From positions 22,134,001 through 22,198,000 of the forward strand of contig NC_043010.1 of assembly GCF_006345805.1 (NCBI RefSeq): DNA of 64,000 nucleotides, in the 5' to 3' direction. Both the position numbers and the translations under genes were made by a program. The notes under the pieces are model-generated. The model did no database searches. It was not told where the DNA came from and worked only from the letters and a program-made list of their open reading frames with translations. Source of the stretch: Octopus sinensis (lineage: Eukaryota). Every line of letters starts with the position of its first letter. Within the stretch, counting starts at the first letter, position 1. Below, one piece after another: positions 1-13,540 of the stretch.

Positions 1-511
1 AGCTCTATGAAGTTTGTTCCGGCTTTAATAAAACAGTGTATTACTCTGCCTTTGGTACTCGAGTACTACATTTTCCACCGCCTTTTCCACCTAAATCCTT
101 ACTTGTGTGTGTGTAAATATGTGACTGTGTGTGAGCGTGTGTGTGTGTATACACACACACACACATATGTATATATAATTTTACTAGCAGTAACAAACAT
201 TAATATATCATTCATTCACTGTAGGTGAATGCCTCACCTATCTCTCTCTCTCTCTTTGTCTCTTGCTCTCTCCCTCTATTTCAATCTCTCTCTTTCTCTC
301 TCTCTTCGACCCTTTCTATTTTTCAGTCTTATGCATTCCATATACTTTCTCTTTACAGCCTATGTTTAATGTGACTCATCTTTGTTACCCTCTTGGCAAC
401 GGATACATACTTCAGAAACTGACCACATGCAATATATATATATACGCATGCATATACCCGAATATATATATATATGTGTGTGTGTGTGTTTATGCAATAT
501 AGATGTGAATA

Positions 512-576
<65 letters not shown>

Positions 577-1303
577 GATATGATGAAGCATAAAGTATAG
601 TCATGTGTGCTGCATGCATGAGGCGTACGGACATGTGTGAGTTTTTGTGCATATATTTGTGGTTACGTGTGTGTATGTGTGTGTATGTTTGTGCGTGTAT
701 AGATATAAACGAACACTCATACACATATACATGCGTACATACATTCATACAAACATATAAACATACACACATGTATGACACATGTATTCGGATGTACCCA
801 CTCACCTTGTACCTCGTTCAATTTAGCATACAAGTGTACAATATGCTTTCATTACACACGAGATCCATATAGTCCCCGAGGGTATATATGTAATTGTCTA
901 CACAAATGCAATTTGGTTAGTCGTACTAATCAGTTAATCTGAAGACTGCTGAGAACGAAAGGCTGTTTGCAAAAATTGGCTTTGCTTGTTCCTTTCTCTT
1001 CATTCTCCAAGACTTGCATGTTCTTTTACAAGTCTAGTTAATATGATCTTATGCGTCTTATACATTCTCAAACCCGTCCCCCTTAGGCTAGGACGAGGAA
1101 TTACAGCGCAGTATCCGCATCGGTGCACGTACAATTTTATTGGTTCTTCGCACACATGTGACTATTAGATTGATGATACAGTAGCTGCGATCGATCTCCA
1201 GATATGCTGTGTATCAAAATTCATAATGAAGTGATGTGTGGGATCTGTAGGAGAGTTAATTACATATATATATACGTTTTCAACTCACTCTTTATATATG
1301 TAA

Positions 1304-1348
<45 letters not shown>

Positions 1349-1479
1349 TTAGTATATATGTGTGTGTTTGTGCTGTGTATCGCTATGTGTATACACCTAT
1401 CTATATATGTGTCTATTATATATATATATACATATATATATATAATATATATATATATACATATATATATATGTATGTG

Positions 1480-1537
<58 letters not shown>

Positions 1538-2488
1538 TGTAGGCAGGAAGTTCTGGTATAACGATGCCAATTTGCGTAAACAAATGGGGTTCGGCGTATA
1601 TACGTACATATTCTTCGGTGCCTCTGTGTGTATATGTATGAGTATATGGATAAACACCCTCATATAGATAGATAGTTACAGGGAGAGAGAGAGAGAGAGA
1701 GAGAGTGAAAGAGAAAGTGAGATAGAAAGAGAGAGAGAGAAAGAGAGTGAAAGAGGAAGTGAGATAGAAGGAGAGAGAGAGAAGGGTAAATGCTGAGAGG
1801 GAGAGAAAGACTAAGGGGGAAATGTTGCGTGTTTGGTCAACATGTACCGATTCATGTTCCTTATGATTCAACATATTTCGATTATCCTTTCATTTTCCAG
1901 TATGTTTATGACAATGCGTTCCTCATACTCATGAATGGATATTTCATGCGAAACATCGTCATCCGTACGTAATTCAGAATGAGGCTGCGTTAACCGAACT
2001 ACGTTTATTTTTGTATGAACGTTTCTGTATAGCCAACACGTTAAATTCATCCAGAGACGATGAGAAAGGAAGGTAGCTGGAGAGCAAGTTGACGCCATAG
2101 CTTCTCGATGTTGATGGATGAATATTAAGTGAACTATAATTACTAACGGAAGCCAATTCGGATACAATCACATTTTATTTATTTCGGAACTGTTCACTCA
2201 ATAAATTAAAAACTAATGAATAACATAACATATACCTGACAATTTTAATATCATATAACCTCTGTCATTCTCCAGAAGAAGCGCTTTTAATCCTTGAAAA
2301 TATAAAGTTTCACTCTCCTGGATATTATATACATAAATATAGAGAAAGCGAGAGAGGGGGAGATTGGGGAGAGATAGAGAGAGAGATAGAGAGAGAGACA
2401 GATACTACGTATACATATCAAAACAAAGAATTCGCAATCTAGGGTTTCACAAAGCTTTACTTTATATATTCCATGTATCTATCTATCC

Positions 2489-2526
<38 letters not shown>

Positions 2527-2560
2527 TCATCCATCTATCCGTTTCTCTCTCTCTCTCACC

Positions 2561-2602
<42 letters not shown>

Positions 2603-2637
2603 TATATAAATATTAATAAATATATATATATTAAATG

Positions 2638-2673
<36 letters not shown>

Positions 2674-2684
2674 TATACATACAG

Positions 2685-2731
<47 letters not shown>

Positions 2732-2760
2732 ATATATATATACATATTAGATATATATAC

Positions 2761-2791
<31 letters not shown>

Positions 2792-2811
2792 CGTGTGTGT
2801 GTGTGTGTGTA

Positions 2812-3722
2812 ACATGCGTCCGTCCCTCAGCCAGATTCATCAGTCTTTATTTCCGGCATTCTTTGTTTACTGCTTGAATTGTCCATGCAATTCCATTGTT
2901 TTCTATTTAATGCTCTTTTGCTCTTCCTTCTGTTCTTGGAATCTAATGTTTTAGCAGCTTTTGGGACATCCATAACTGCCGATAGTATCCCGTCTGCAAC
3001 CTACACAACATCATATTTTAACCCCAATATTGTGTTACTAACTGTTTCTTCTGTATTCTGTAATCCTCTGCTTCCTTTCGAGGCTGGCAGAGTCAGTTCA
3101 TAGGACATTCAGCGTTGTGTGCGGTTTCCGTGCATTTCCGTACATCGATCTTTGTTCATCTCAACAGGATATTTTTGTTCACTGTTCCCAGGGCTCCAAC
3201 AATTATTGGTACTACTGCTACCTATTTCATTAACCACAACTACTTAACTTCTCAAGCTAACCTGTCATATCTCTCGACTTTTCTTTCTTCCTTATCGCCT
3301 ACCTTGTTATCAGCTGCGCATGCTATGTCTATAATCCACCATGATTTGTTTTCTTTCTCAATTAAGACTATGTCCGGCTTCCTATTCTCAAGCTCATGGT
3401 CGCACTGAATCATAAAATCCATAGGATCTTTGCATTTCTATTTTCGACGATGCCTTCAGGTTTGTGGTCGTACCAATGTTTTTGCTGTAAAGTCCATACT
3501 TGTTGCAAAGTGTCCAACAGACAAGCCTTGCTATATTGTCGTGGCGTCTCTTATATACCTTCTGGGCTAGTGGCATACATTGGCTGGTAATATGTTACAC
3601 GGTTTCACCGTTTTGTCCACAGATTCTGCACTTATCACTTTCTGCTGTGTTGTCTATTCTGTATTTTATGTAGCTTGTTCGTAGTGCTTGCTCTTGCGCA
3701 GCACAGATTAGAGCCTCCGTTT
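2812..3722 (-). mobile_element. R4/Dong-like (RLE) non-LTR retrotransposon 3' fragment, chimeric
   Basis: Minus strand reads CRICGQNGETV*HITSQC (CCHC knuckle), RHDNIARLVCWTLCNKYG and VAVVPIIVGALGTV (RLE C-terminus). Contains a stop and frameshifts. Confidence 0.85.
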
Positions 3723-3735
3723 CCGATTATTATTA

Positions 3736-3773
<38 letters not shown>

Positions 3774-3789
3774 TATTATTATTATTATT

Positions 3790-5415
3790 ATGCTTTTAAT
3801 CTATACCTTTTTTACACTTACTTGCCGAGACACACTCAGCGTCCTGGGGTGAGTGAAGGATAAGATTTGTTAAAGTATGACTGAAAGCTTGCGGAGGGGA
3901 AGTAGTGAAATATCTTCATATATTACAGCACATGCATTTAAATGTATAGAGTTTTTATAAGGATGTGGTTAGTACTTTTCGGTACAGTCTTTTGGATTTC
4001 TCTGAGACATGGTTCTCCTGGGATCTTATCTAGATATTTCTGACATCTATTTTTCATTATACCTAAGGCACCTACAATAACAGGAACAGGTCTCGTTTTA
4101 AGATGCCACATCTTTTGTACTTCAATTTCTAGGTCCTTGTATTTACGTAGTTTGTTTAATTCCTTGACATATATTTTTATCAGTGGGAACACTTACATCT
4201 ATTAGTCTACAAGTATTTTCTTCTCTGTCATTAATGACTATGACTGGACGACTATCCTGGATCGTTCTATCAGCGTTGACTGTATAATCCCAGAGGATAG
4301 TAACATTTTTACCTTCAACGACTGGCTGAGGATGATGTTCATACTTGTAAGCAGGAGTGCAGTTTATGTAGTGTTTACTTATTTTCCAGTGTAAATACTG
4401 TCCTGTCCTATCTTGGCGATTTTTGTATTCGTTTGCAGAACCTGCATTGAGGGTCAGAACTGTTTTGAAGAACGTTAGCCAGGTAGTTTTCTTTTTGGTG
4501 AGCAAGCTTTGATCTTTTACCGCCAATATGAAATCTTCAGTTTCTATTTTCAGTCCTGAACTTCTCAGCTACTGATGGCTTGATCTGCATCAGCATTGCA
4601 ACTTCGTAGTATATACTGTCCACCACTCCTCAATTTGTTTCTGTCCGTTCTTTTTTGCAGTCTGCTTGATTCATATTGCTTGTTTTGTGGCAGTAATTTC
4701 AGGTTCTTCATATAATTCAGGATTGATTCTAAGCTCCTTTGCGAATATGCAAGCTTCCTTGACAATAGAATGTGATTTTTTGTTGTTTTCGTGTTTGCCC
4801 ACAAACTGCAGCATCCAGACCTCTGTACTAGATAAGTACCTGTTCAGTGCTATTATGGAGGTCTTATAGCACAGTTCTACCTGCGTCCTTCCTCTTCCCG
4901 CCATTACTGCTAGGTAGGTACAGATGAAAAACATCTGCTTTTGGATGGTGTATGTTCTTAGATGTTAGTAGTTTTCTTGTCTTCCTGTCCAGGCATTGAC
5001 GCTCTGTAAGATTCCAGTTAATGATGTTAAAACTGTACTAGACTACTGAAAAGGCCAGGGTGTCAATGGCTTCGAAGCAATTTTTCCTGTTGAGTTTAGT
5101 TTTTAGTATGAGTCGTATTCTCCTGTAATATTCCTTTCGTATTTTTTCCATCGTGGTAGCATGTTTATCTCCAGGTATTTGTAATTTTCTTGTGGGCCAA
5201 GCTCCTTGATGGTAGTGACGGTATATAATTTAATTGAAGCTGTTTGCCTCAGCTTACCTCTTAAAAATTTACTTTAGAACACTTATCAAGGCTAAAATCC
5301 ATCCCGATGTCATTGCTGAACTCTTTAACAGTTGTCAGCAGACCCGCAGGCTCTTCATCATTTCTGTCAGTGTTGACTGTAAAATCCTAGAAGATAGTGA
5401 CATTTTTACCATGTA
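3790..5415 (-). mobile_element. R4/Dong-like LINE fragment (end of RT to RLE domain and 3' UTR)
   Basis: ORFs 3938-4192 (KYKDLEIEVQKMWHLKTRPVPVIVGALG), 4143-4526 (ILWDYTVNADRTIQDSRPVIV...IDVSVP) and 4671-4934 (GRGRTQVELCY). (TAA)n tail at 3725-3790. Confidence 0.9.
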
Positions 5416-5715
5416 AAATATAGTTTATTGTCGTATTGTAAACTTTGAACACATACCTACTGTTATATAGTTCGTTTAGTGCCGTGCAAAAGAGTAATGA
5501 AGAGAGAGAGAGTCACCTTCAAAGAAGCCTCGTTTCATGTTGATGTTGTTAGTTTGGCTCATCCCATTACTATGGCTTAGAACGAGACGTGTGTTCCACT
5601 TGACGATGCTACTTTGTAAGAATTTGGAGATGACAAGATAGATCTTATATATCTCAATGGCATTGAGTATCCATTTATGTAGGACACTATCACCATCATC
5701 ATTATTATTATTGCC

Positions 5716-7785
5716 TTTGTACAGCTTCTAACGCTGGAGATGTACTACGGTGTCAGCTGTTCAAAAGTAACACCTCTTATTTTTCGAGCACCATCCGGAG
5801 TATTCGAGCGGTTCCAAGCAGTGCTGTTTTCTGCGGGTGTTCCACCGTTATTGCAGCCCCTATTTGTTCCACGTACTTCTCGAGAATTTTGCTAACTGTT
5901 CCCAGGGCTCCAACAATTATTGGTACTACTGCTACCTTTTTCATCGACCACAACTGCATAACCTCCCAAGTAACCTGTCATATCTCTCGACTTTTCTTTC
6001 TCCCTTATCGCATACCTTGTTATCAGCTGCGCATGCTGTCTATGATCCAGCATAGTTTGTTTACTTTCTCAATTAAAGCTATGTCCGGCTTCCTATTCTC
6101 AAGCTCATGGTCGCACTGAATCATAAAATCCATAGGATCTTTGCATTTCTATTTTCGACGATGCCTTCAGGTAGTGGCATACATTGGCTGGTAATATGTT
6201 ACACGGTTTCACCGTTTTGTCCACAGATTCTGCACTTATCACTTTCTGCTGTGTTGTCTATTCTGTATTTTATGTAGCTTGTTCTTAGTGCTTGCTCTTG
6301 CGCAGCACAAATTAGAGCCTCCGTTACTGGTTTTAAGTCACTTTTAGTCATCCACAGCCATCTTTTTTCCCTGTCTTATCTTCAACATCTCTATAAAATT
6401 GACCATGCATACTTTTCCTTACCCACCTATTTTCAGTTTCATTGGTTTTCAATTTCTTGTATAGTTCTTTATCTTTGCAATCTTTCATCCTACACAAGCC
6501 TGACCTTCCTACTTCTAACAATAGCAGTTGTGTGGCATTTTTCTATACCATGCTATGTTGTTTTCTGCTGCTCTGATGCTGTGTTCGCATCAAATAAGTC
6601 CTCGTCCCCTACTTTTTCTTGGTACATGCAATCTGTCTGTATCACTTTTTGGGTGGAATGACCCATATCTAGTTAGCAACTTCATTGTCCCTTTGTCTAA
6701 GCTGTTTAGTTCGTCTACTGCTCATGCGATTACTCCTGATCCATATCTAAGGAGTGAAATCGCCCAGGTATTGATAGCTTCGATCTTATTCCATTCGTTT
6801 TATTTCGACTTAAGGATCAATCTCTGTCTGCGCAAGTACTTCACCTTAATTTTTTCTGTCATTTCTTCCTCCATCAAATTATCCATTTCCAAAATCCCCA
6901 AGAACTTATAGCCCGTCTCTTTTATCTGCTACGTAACCTCCCCCGAGGGTTTCGAAAGCTCATCCGCACATTTGATTTTGCTTCTCTTTAAGACTAACAC
7001 ACCGTACTTTCTCCATTCTGATATCAGCGCTGAAGGTATACGCCGTATCAACGAGGGAACTGACTTGGGCTTCATCTTTACCATACAGTTTGAGGTCATC
7101 CATGAATAACAAATGATTGGATTTTGTTGGCGGCTTTTGAATACATACCAAGCTTTTGCTTTCCTCAGAATCAGTGTTAGTAGTATCAAGCACAGTACAA
7201 AGATCAGTGGGGACAGGCAGTCCCCTTGGAAGATGCCCCTCCTAATTACTACAGTCCCTAAACTTCTTCCGTATGCTGTCAGGTCCGTTATCCAATTCGC
7301 CACACTTTTTCCAAGTAATCGCTCAACATTCGATGCCATACCAAATAGCTTCCATACACTCCATTAGCCAAGAATGTGGGATCATATCGTACGCATTACG
7401 ATAGACGATCCATGACATAGCTAAGTTATTTTCCCTCCTCTTGCAGTCTCTAAGTACTGTTTTGTCTATCAAGAGTTGATCCTTGGTACCTCTGAACTTA
7501 CGCTTGCAACCCTTCTGCTCATGTGGCAGGACTCCATTTTTTTCCAGATGTTCGAACATTGACTCTGCGAGCCGGACTATAATCTCTGAGCCTACCGGGT
7601 GTACCACTGTCACCCTCTTTAGCTTCAGTTTTATTCCCACCGTTATTCACAATATTTCGTGTTTTCATTGTCGCTCATATGAGGTAGCGATTATCAGGTT
7701 GCGCAATTAACAGTGTTTTTAATGTGACACCTTCACTAGATGTCTCATTATTAATCAGCCCATGAGGCTCCAACCATTTCCTTTC
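5716..7785 (-). mobile_element. R4/Dong-like LINE fragment, RT plus RLE
   Basis: RT motifs RGIFQGDCLSPL, LLFMDDLKLY and [18 protein letters not shown]-terminus PIIVGALGTV...LLGTARILRMVLEK. (TAA)n tail at 5695-5712. Confidence 0.92.
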
Positions 7786-9366
7786 ATTATTATTATTATC
7801 ATTATTATTATTATTATCATTATTTATTTTTTCTTTTTTATCATCATCACTGATATCACTGATGTTATTGTTTTTATGTGTAGTAGCAGCAGTAGTTGCA
7901 ACAACAGCAACAGCAGCAGTAACAGGGGTGGGGGTAGTGGTAAGGGTAGTAGTTGGGCTTCAGATTCCTCTGCTATCATAATAGTAGTAGTTGTAGTATT
8001 ATTATTGTAGTATTATTAGTATTTAGCCTTAGCAGCTGCAGCATATTATTTTTATTTTTATTATTCTCACCATCACCACAACTACCATTGTTTGAGGAAC
8101 TAGTTGGGTAGCAGTTTGGTAAATAGATCAAATGTTACAGGTCTATAAATAGATTCGGCATATGGTGGGAGGTCAGCCATAGAAACAAAGGAATTTTCGA
8201 ACCCTTTGGTTCAGCAGAGGTCAAATGTGTTTACTGCTACCAGTGGCCACTGACCACTGAGAGCGCTGCCTTTAAAAGAAGTAATTCAACCTGTTCTATT
8301 TGTAATTACTGGTAGAAAAAAAATATATATATAAACACACACACACACACACACACACATTGATATTCACTTCATTGAATTCTTGAATTTCTGCATTCAA
8401 TTGTGTTGTTGCAATAAAAGGTGTGTTTACGTATTTGGGTAATATATTCAAGTTTTAAAGTTTTCTTGAGATGTTCGTTTGTCTGTCCAGTTGGAGTATG
8501 CACTAGGACTTTTGCAATGAAAAGGATGTTTACATTTTCGAATACTCAGGGAGAGATAGTAAAGTTTTAAGATTAACTAAATATGTTCTTTTGTATGGCT
8601 GCACAGAGAGAAATGGTAGTGCTCTTAGAATAAAAAAAGAGGATGAAATTTACATTTTCGAATACTCAGGGAGAGAGGAAAGGATAAGTATTGACACAGT
8701 AGTCGTGGATGTTAATGGGGTTTTTCTCTCGCCCTTTTTTAAAGTTGATCGTTTGTGTGTTTGAAAGCTGTAGGTACGTAAGTTTCTAACTTATTTTATT
8801 TTGAGGGAGATTTCAAATATTCACAGGGAATTGTAGATATACCAGTCTTTGGGAATAGTAGGAGGAAGAGCAGGTTCACCTCTTTGGATTTTTGAGTATC
8901 TGAATTTCATTTATATTTTCTTTTGGAAATTTGCTTTTCTTCTTAAAAGTGTTGCTGTGGTTTACATTCTTTATAGTTGTGCAGTATGTATATATTGGCA
9001 GGTGCTTACTTCCTTAATTTTATTATCGTGCATTTAATTGTGTTGTTACAATAAAAGGCATGTTTACATATTCTGATAGTCAGCGAAGAGGGGAAGACAA
9101 AATGTTCACACAAAATTAAAGTTTCTAAATATTTTGAGGTGTTCGTTTGTATGTCCAAAGCTGTAGATATGTAAGTTCCTTTACTTATTTTGAGGGAAAT
9201 TCAAAATACTCAGGGAAAACTGTAGATATTCCAGTATTGTTATTATTTCTCTTTATCACTGGTTTTGTTGGATCTCCTGGGGTCCTGCATGCGTATCGGG
9301 CTTACTACCTGCAGCCTACGGTACTATGCTATCCGTTCTTTTCAGCTATTGTTGTTGTTGTTGTTA

Positions 9367-9425
<59 letters not shown>

Positions 9426-9428
<3 letters not shown>

Positions 9429-10975
9429 TACTTTTATTTTTATAGCGTGCTTTCACTTCACTACCGAGCGCAGCTCTGTGTGCCTTGGGTATGTGCTGTG
9501 ATTTGGTTGTGTCTGTCTGATGGTTATTGTATGGAAAGTGTTCTGCGTAGGATGTGTGCAGTGCCTAGTAGTGCAATTTTCTGTATGTTATATGTGTTTG
9601 TAAGTCCTGGTGTTTTTGTTATGTATTTGTCTGAATATTTTTTTATCATGCCTAATGCACCTACTATGATAGGAATTGTTTCTGTTTTCAGATTCCACAT
9701 TCTAGTTACCTCTATTTCCAGGTCTTTGTATTTTGAGAGTTTCTCCATTTCTTTTAGAGACACGTTGTCATCAGCCGGTATTGATACATCAATTAGAAAG
9801 CATTTTTTTTCTTCATGGGTCTGACCACTATATCTGGTCTGTTGGCCTTAATTTCTCTATCTGTGTGTATCGGCATAACCCAGAGTATGGTTGCTTTCTC
9901 GTTTTCTGTGACCTTTTCTGGTGTGTGCCTATACCATCTTTTTTCTGTTGTTATTCCATAATGTTGGCATAGCTTCCAATGTATGTAGGTTCCAACTCTG
10001 TCATGTCTGTGAATATATTCCTTCTAAGCCAGGACTGGGCAGCTAGAGATAATATGATTTATTGTTTCTTGTCCATCTCCACATATTCTGCAGTTACTTG
10101 TAATATTTCTTTTCATTACATGTTTTTGGTAATTTCTCGTGGGGAGGCTTTGGTCTTGTGCTGCAATTAAAAAATCCCTCTGTTTCTGCTTTGAGTCCTG
10201 AACTTCTCAACCATTGCTGGGATTTTTCTTTGTCTATTTCTTTTGCGTTTAGTTTAGTCCAGTATTTACCATGAAGGGGCTTTTCTTGCCATCGTTTTAT
10301 CATGGTTCGTTGCTGTTCTATTTTTAGTTTGGATTTCATTTGTTTTATAGCTTTTGTTGTTTCTTCATCTTCTTCTTCTTCATATTTATTAGGTGGTATG
10401 ATTTCTTGTTTGTATTTGTCAGCTTCCTTAAATACTGAGAACAGTTTTTTGTTTTGCTCGTGTTTTGCCGCTATCTGGATCAGTTTTCTTCCTTCTGAAG
10501 TAGATATTTTTGCAGTCCTATGGTGGTTATTTTATAGTAGTTTTCCAGCTGTATAAGGCCTCTACCACCTTCTATACGTTATATATAGTCTTCTATGTCA
10601 GATTTTGGGTGATGCATCCTAGATCCTGTCATTATTTTTCTTGTTTTCCTATATTTTGGTCAGTTCTTTTCGTGTCCAGTTAAGGATATTGTAGCTGTAA
10701 CTTATAACTGGGACAGCTAAAGTGTTGATACCTATTATCTTGTTTTTAGCATTGAGCTCTGTGTTTAGTATTGATCTAACTCGTCTATAATATTTTTTTT
10801 ATTCTCTTTCATTTGTGTGTGTTGTGTCTTATCTAGTTCATGGATTCCTAAGTATTTGTAAATTTGGCTTTGGTCTAATTCTTTTATTTCATTGGTTTTA
10901 TCAAGTGTGATGTTGTTACTCTTAACTAGTTTTCCTCTTTTCATGGTTACTTTGGCGCATTTTTCTAATCCAAAT
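9426..10975 (-). mobile_element. R4/Dong-like LINE 3' fragment
   Basis: ORF 9524-9763 (EKLSKYKDLEIEVTRMWNLK...IIVGALG...LLGTAHILRRTLSIQ) and ORF 10094-10339 (WQEKPLHGKY...WLRSSGLKAETEG). (TAA)n tail at 9345-9425. Confidence 0.9.
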
Positions 10976-11035
10976 TTCTATTATATTATTATTATTATTA
11001 TTATTATTATCATTATTATTATTATATTATTATTA

Positions 11036-11080
<45 letters not shown>

Positions 11081-11081
11081 T

Positions 11082-11285
11082 ATTTGATGACAACTCTCAG
11101 CTTATTTTGCTGGGTATGATGGAAAGTGTCCACTGTCCACAGCCAGCACTCTAAGGTGACACTTGTCTACTGGTCATGCTTCCAAATCCCTGCGAAGGAT
11201 TCTTGCAGTTCCAAGCAATGCTGATTGTTGTAGGTGTTCTACCTTCACACTTGCACCAACCTTTTTGAGCCATGCTGGTAGTTGA
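11082..11285 (-). mobile_element. R4/Dong-like LINE extreme 3' end
   Basis: Minus strand reads LPAWLKKVGASVKVEHLQQSALLGTARILRRDLEA*, then a short 3' UTR running into (TAA)n at 10980-11082. Confidence 0.8.
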
Positions 11286-11291
11286 GTGCTC

Positions 11292-11489
11292 ATGATCAGA
11301 GATGCACATACCGTCAGCCGCTAAGGGACAGGCTCAACTGGTTAAGGTAAACAACTGACGAACAAATCTGTGGTATCGAGCAGAATATTTGTTGTAGCCC
11401 ATCTTTTATACCAAGACAATACATGTACATAACATTTCCATCCAGTCAAGATCAGAATCCATGAGAACCAATGTTTGGTACAGCATCAG

Positions 11490-11492
<3 letters not shown>
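11292..11492 (+). mobile_element. Probable SINE 3' fragment followed by an (ATT)n/(ATC)n tail
   Basis: Non-coding segment unlike the neighbouring LINEs, ending in a trinucleotide tail. It resembles an octopus SINE 3' half from memory only. Confidence 0.4.
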
Positions 11493-11548
<56 letters not shown>

Positions 11549-11602
11549 CATCATCATCATGATCATCATCATCATCATCACATCATCATCACCATCACCA
11601 CC

Positions 11603-11636
<34 letters not shown>

Positions 11637-11695
11637 TGATCATCATCATCATTATTATTATTATCATTATCATTATTATTATCATTATCATTATA

Positions 11696-11727
<32 letters not shown>

Positions 11728-11744
11728 TGTTGTTGTTGTTGTTT

Positions 11745-13510
11745 AAGATGTTACACAGTATCCAATATTGTGATGTTGATTGAAGATATTGTGTCTACAG
11801 GGGTTTGTGCGGTTTGTAAAGTCACAAGAAATACCTCTGACAGACAGTACTTCACGCAATATGCGAGAGGTTTCAAGAGATGCCCATTTTAGAAATACAC
11901 TAAGATTGTAGGTTATTTCTAAAGTTTCCAGATGTATCTTCGGGCTGGATGGTATGGAACCCAATGTTCTGATGTCAATAGGGACAACCATTATGTTTGA
12001 CTCCCGTAGCCGCCACATCTTGGCGATCTCAATTCTCAGGTCTCCATATTTATTAATCTTTTCTTTTTCTTTCATGATAATATGTTGATCTCCTGGCACT
12101 GACACGTCGATTATTAGGCGCTCTTGTTTGTCCCTCCTAAAGGTTACTATATCCGGCCTTCAGTACTCTAATACATTGTCTGTCTGGAAGTCAAAGTCCC
12201 AGAGGATTTTGCCTTCCCCTTTTTATTCATTACCTATTCCGGTACATGCTGGTACCAAACACCCGTAACCACATGTCCATACTTATAGAATAGCGACCAG
12301 TGAAGGTTTTGGGCTACCTTGTCGTATCTATGCTTGTACTCTTTCTGTACAAGACTTTCACAGGCACTAACAATGTGAGTCACACTTTCGACCCTTTCCC
12401 ACATATTCTGCAGATGTCCGTTGCACTTATGTGGTATATATCCCTTTTCACTGAGTTGGTATTCAATACTTGGTCCTGGGCCGCGATGATTAAGCTTTCA
12501 GTCTTCATTTTTAGGTTACACTTGCTGACCCACCTCCGTGATGCCTCGTGTTCTTTTAATTTGTTAGTTCCACGACGGAACTTACCATGTAATTTCATAC
12601 GGAATAGGGCTTCTTCTCTCCCTCATTGGCTATTCTTGTTCGGAATTCATGAGCACTCTCAAGTTCCTGTTTGGTAAATCCTTCTGCATTAGCAGCATAC
12701 TGTAGCAGGTCTTGTTTGCTGTTTACCAAATATTTTGCCGTCTTTATTCTTTCACTGTTGATGCATTTCCGTACGCTAATCTGCCCAAGACCACTTTTAT
12801 ACCTCTTCATGTAAAGTCTGTGTATGTTAGCCTTAGGGTGGAGGGCATCATGTATTGTCATTATCTTTCGGGTAGTGCGATGGAATTGGTTAATCTCCAC
12901 TTGTGTCTATTTCATGATGGGTGCACTGTAGCGGATTACAGCAATAGCACATATGATGATGGCAGTCACAAGAATCTTTGAGTTGAGTTTTGATTTCAAG
13001 AGAAGGTAGAGGCACCTCAAATATGCAGAGATGATCTTGTCTTTTCTTTCACTGTGCAAGGTATTATCCAGTTCCAGGATCCGAAAGTAATTGTACCCAT
13101 TGTATACCCCACAATTTACTCGTTTCAAAGTGTGCACCGCACACTTCGAGATACCGAATTCCTTCCCTATATCCTTGCTGCACATCTTTACAGTCTCAAT
13201 CGGCTTCTCCATCGCAGGTTTGTTTTTGCGAACTGTTTTAAATCATCCATGAAGAGAAGGTGATTGATACGTGGTCCATTTTTCTCAGCCCATAGTGCAG
13301 GTTGGAATCAAGACTGTAACAAATAACAAACGCGGACAAAGGTCTCCCTGGAACATACCTCTTTTGATTGTTAACTCGGCTACGTTCTAGTTGTTAAAGA
13401 AAAGACGTGTTTTCCAACTAGGCATGCTGTTGTTAATCAGTGCACATATGTTCTCAGCTAATCCACACATATTGGGTTTTTCCCAAATCCACGAAAGGCA
13501 ACGTGTCGTA
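11745..13510 (-). mobile_element. R4/Dong-like LINE fragment, RT plus RLE (decayed)
   Basis: ORFs 11743-12105 (EKEKINKYGDLRIEIAKMW), 12380-12598 (LHGKF...TESLIIAAQDQ...CRICG), 12595-12900 (LHPKANIHRLY) and 12907-13212. Confidence 0.88.
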
Positions 13511-13540
13511 AGCCTTATTATTATTATCATTATTATTATT

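Noticed and set aside
1543-1965. Possible exon pair [17 protein letters not shown] / YVYDNAFLILMNGYFMRNIVI, or minus-strand PHSELRTDDDVSHEISIHEYEERIV
   Set aside because: Only one good acceptor (TTTTCCAG at ~1900), weak donors, competing readings on both strands, and no recognisable family.
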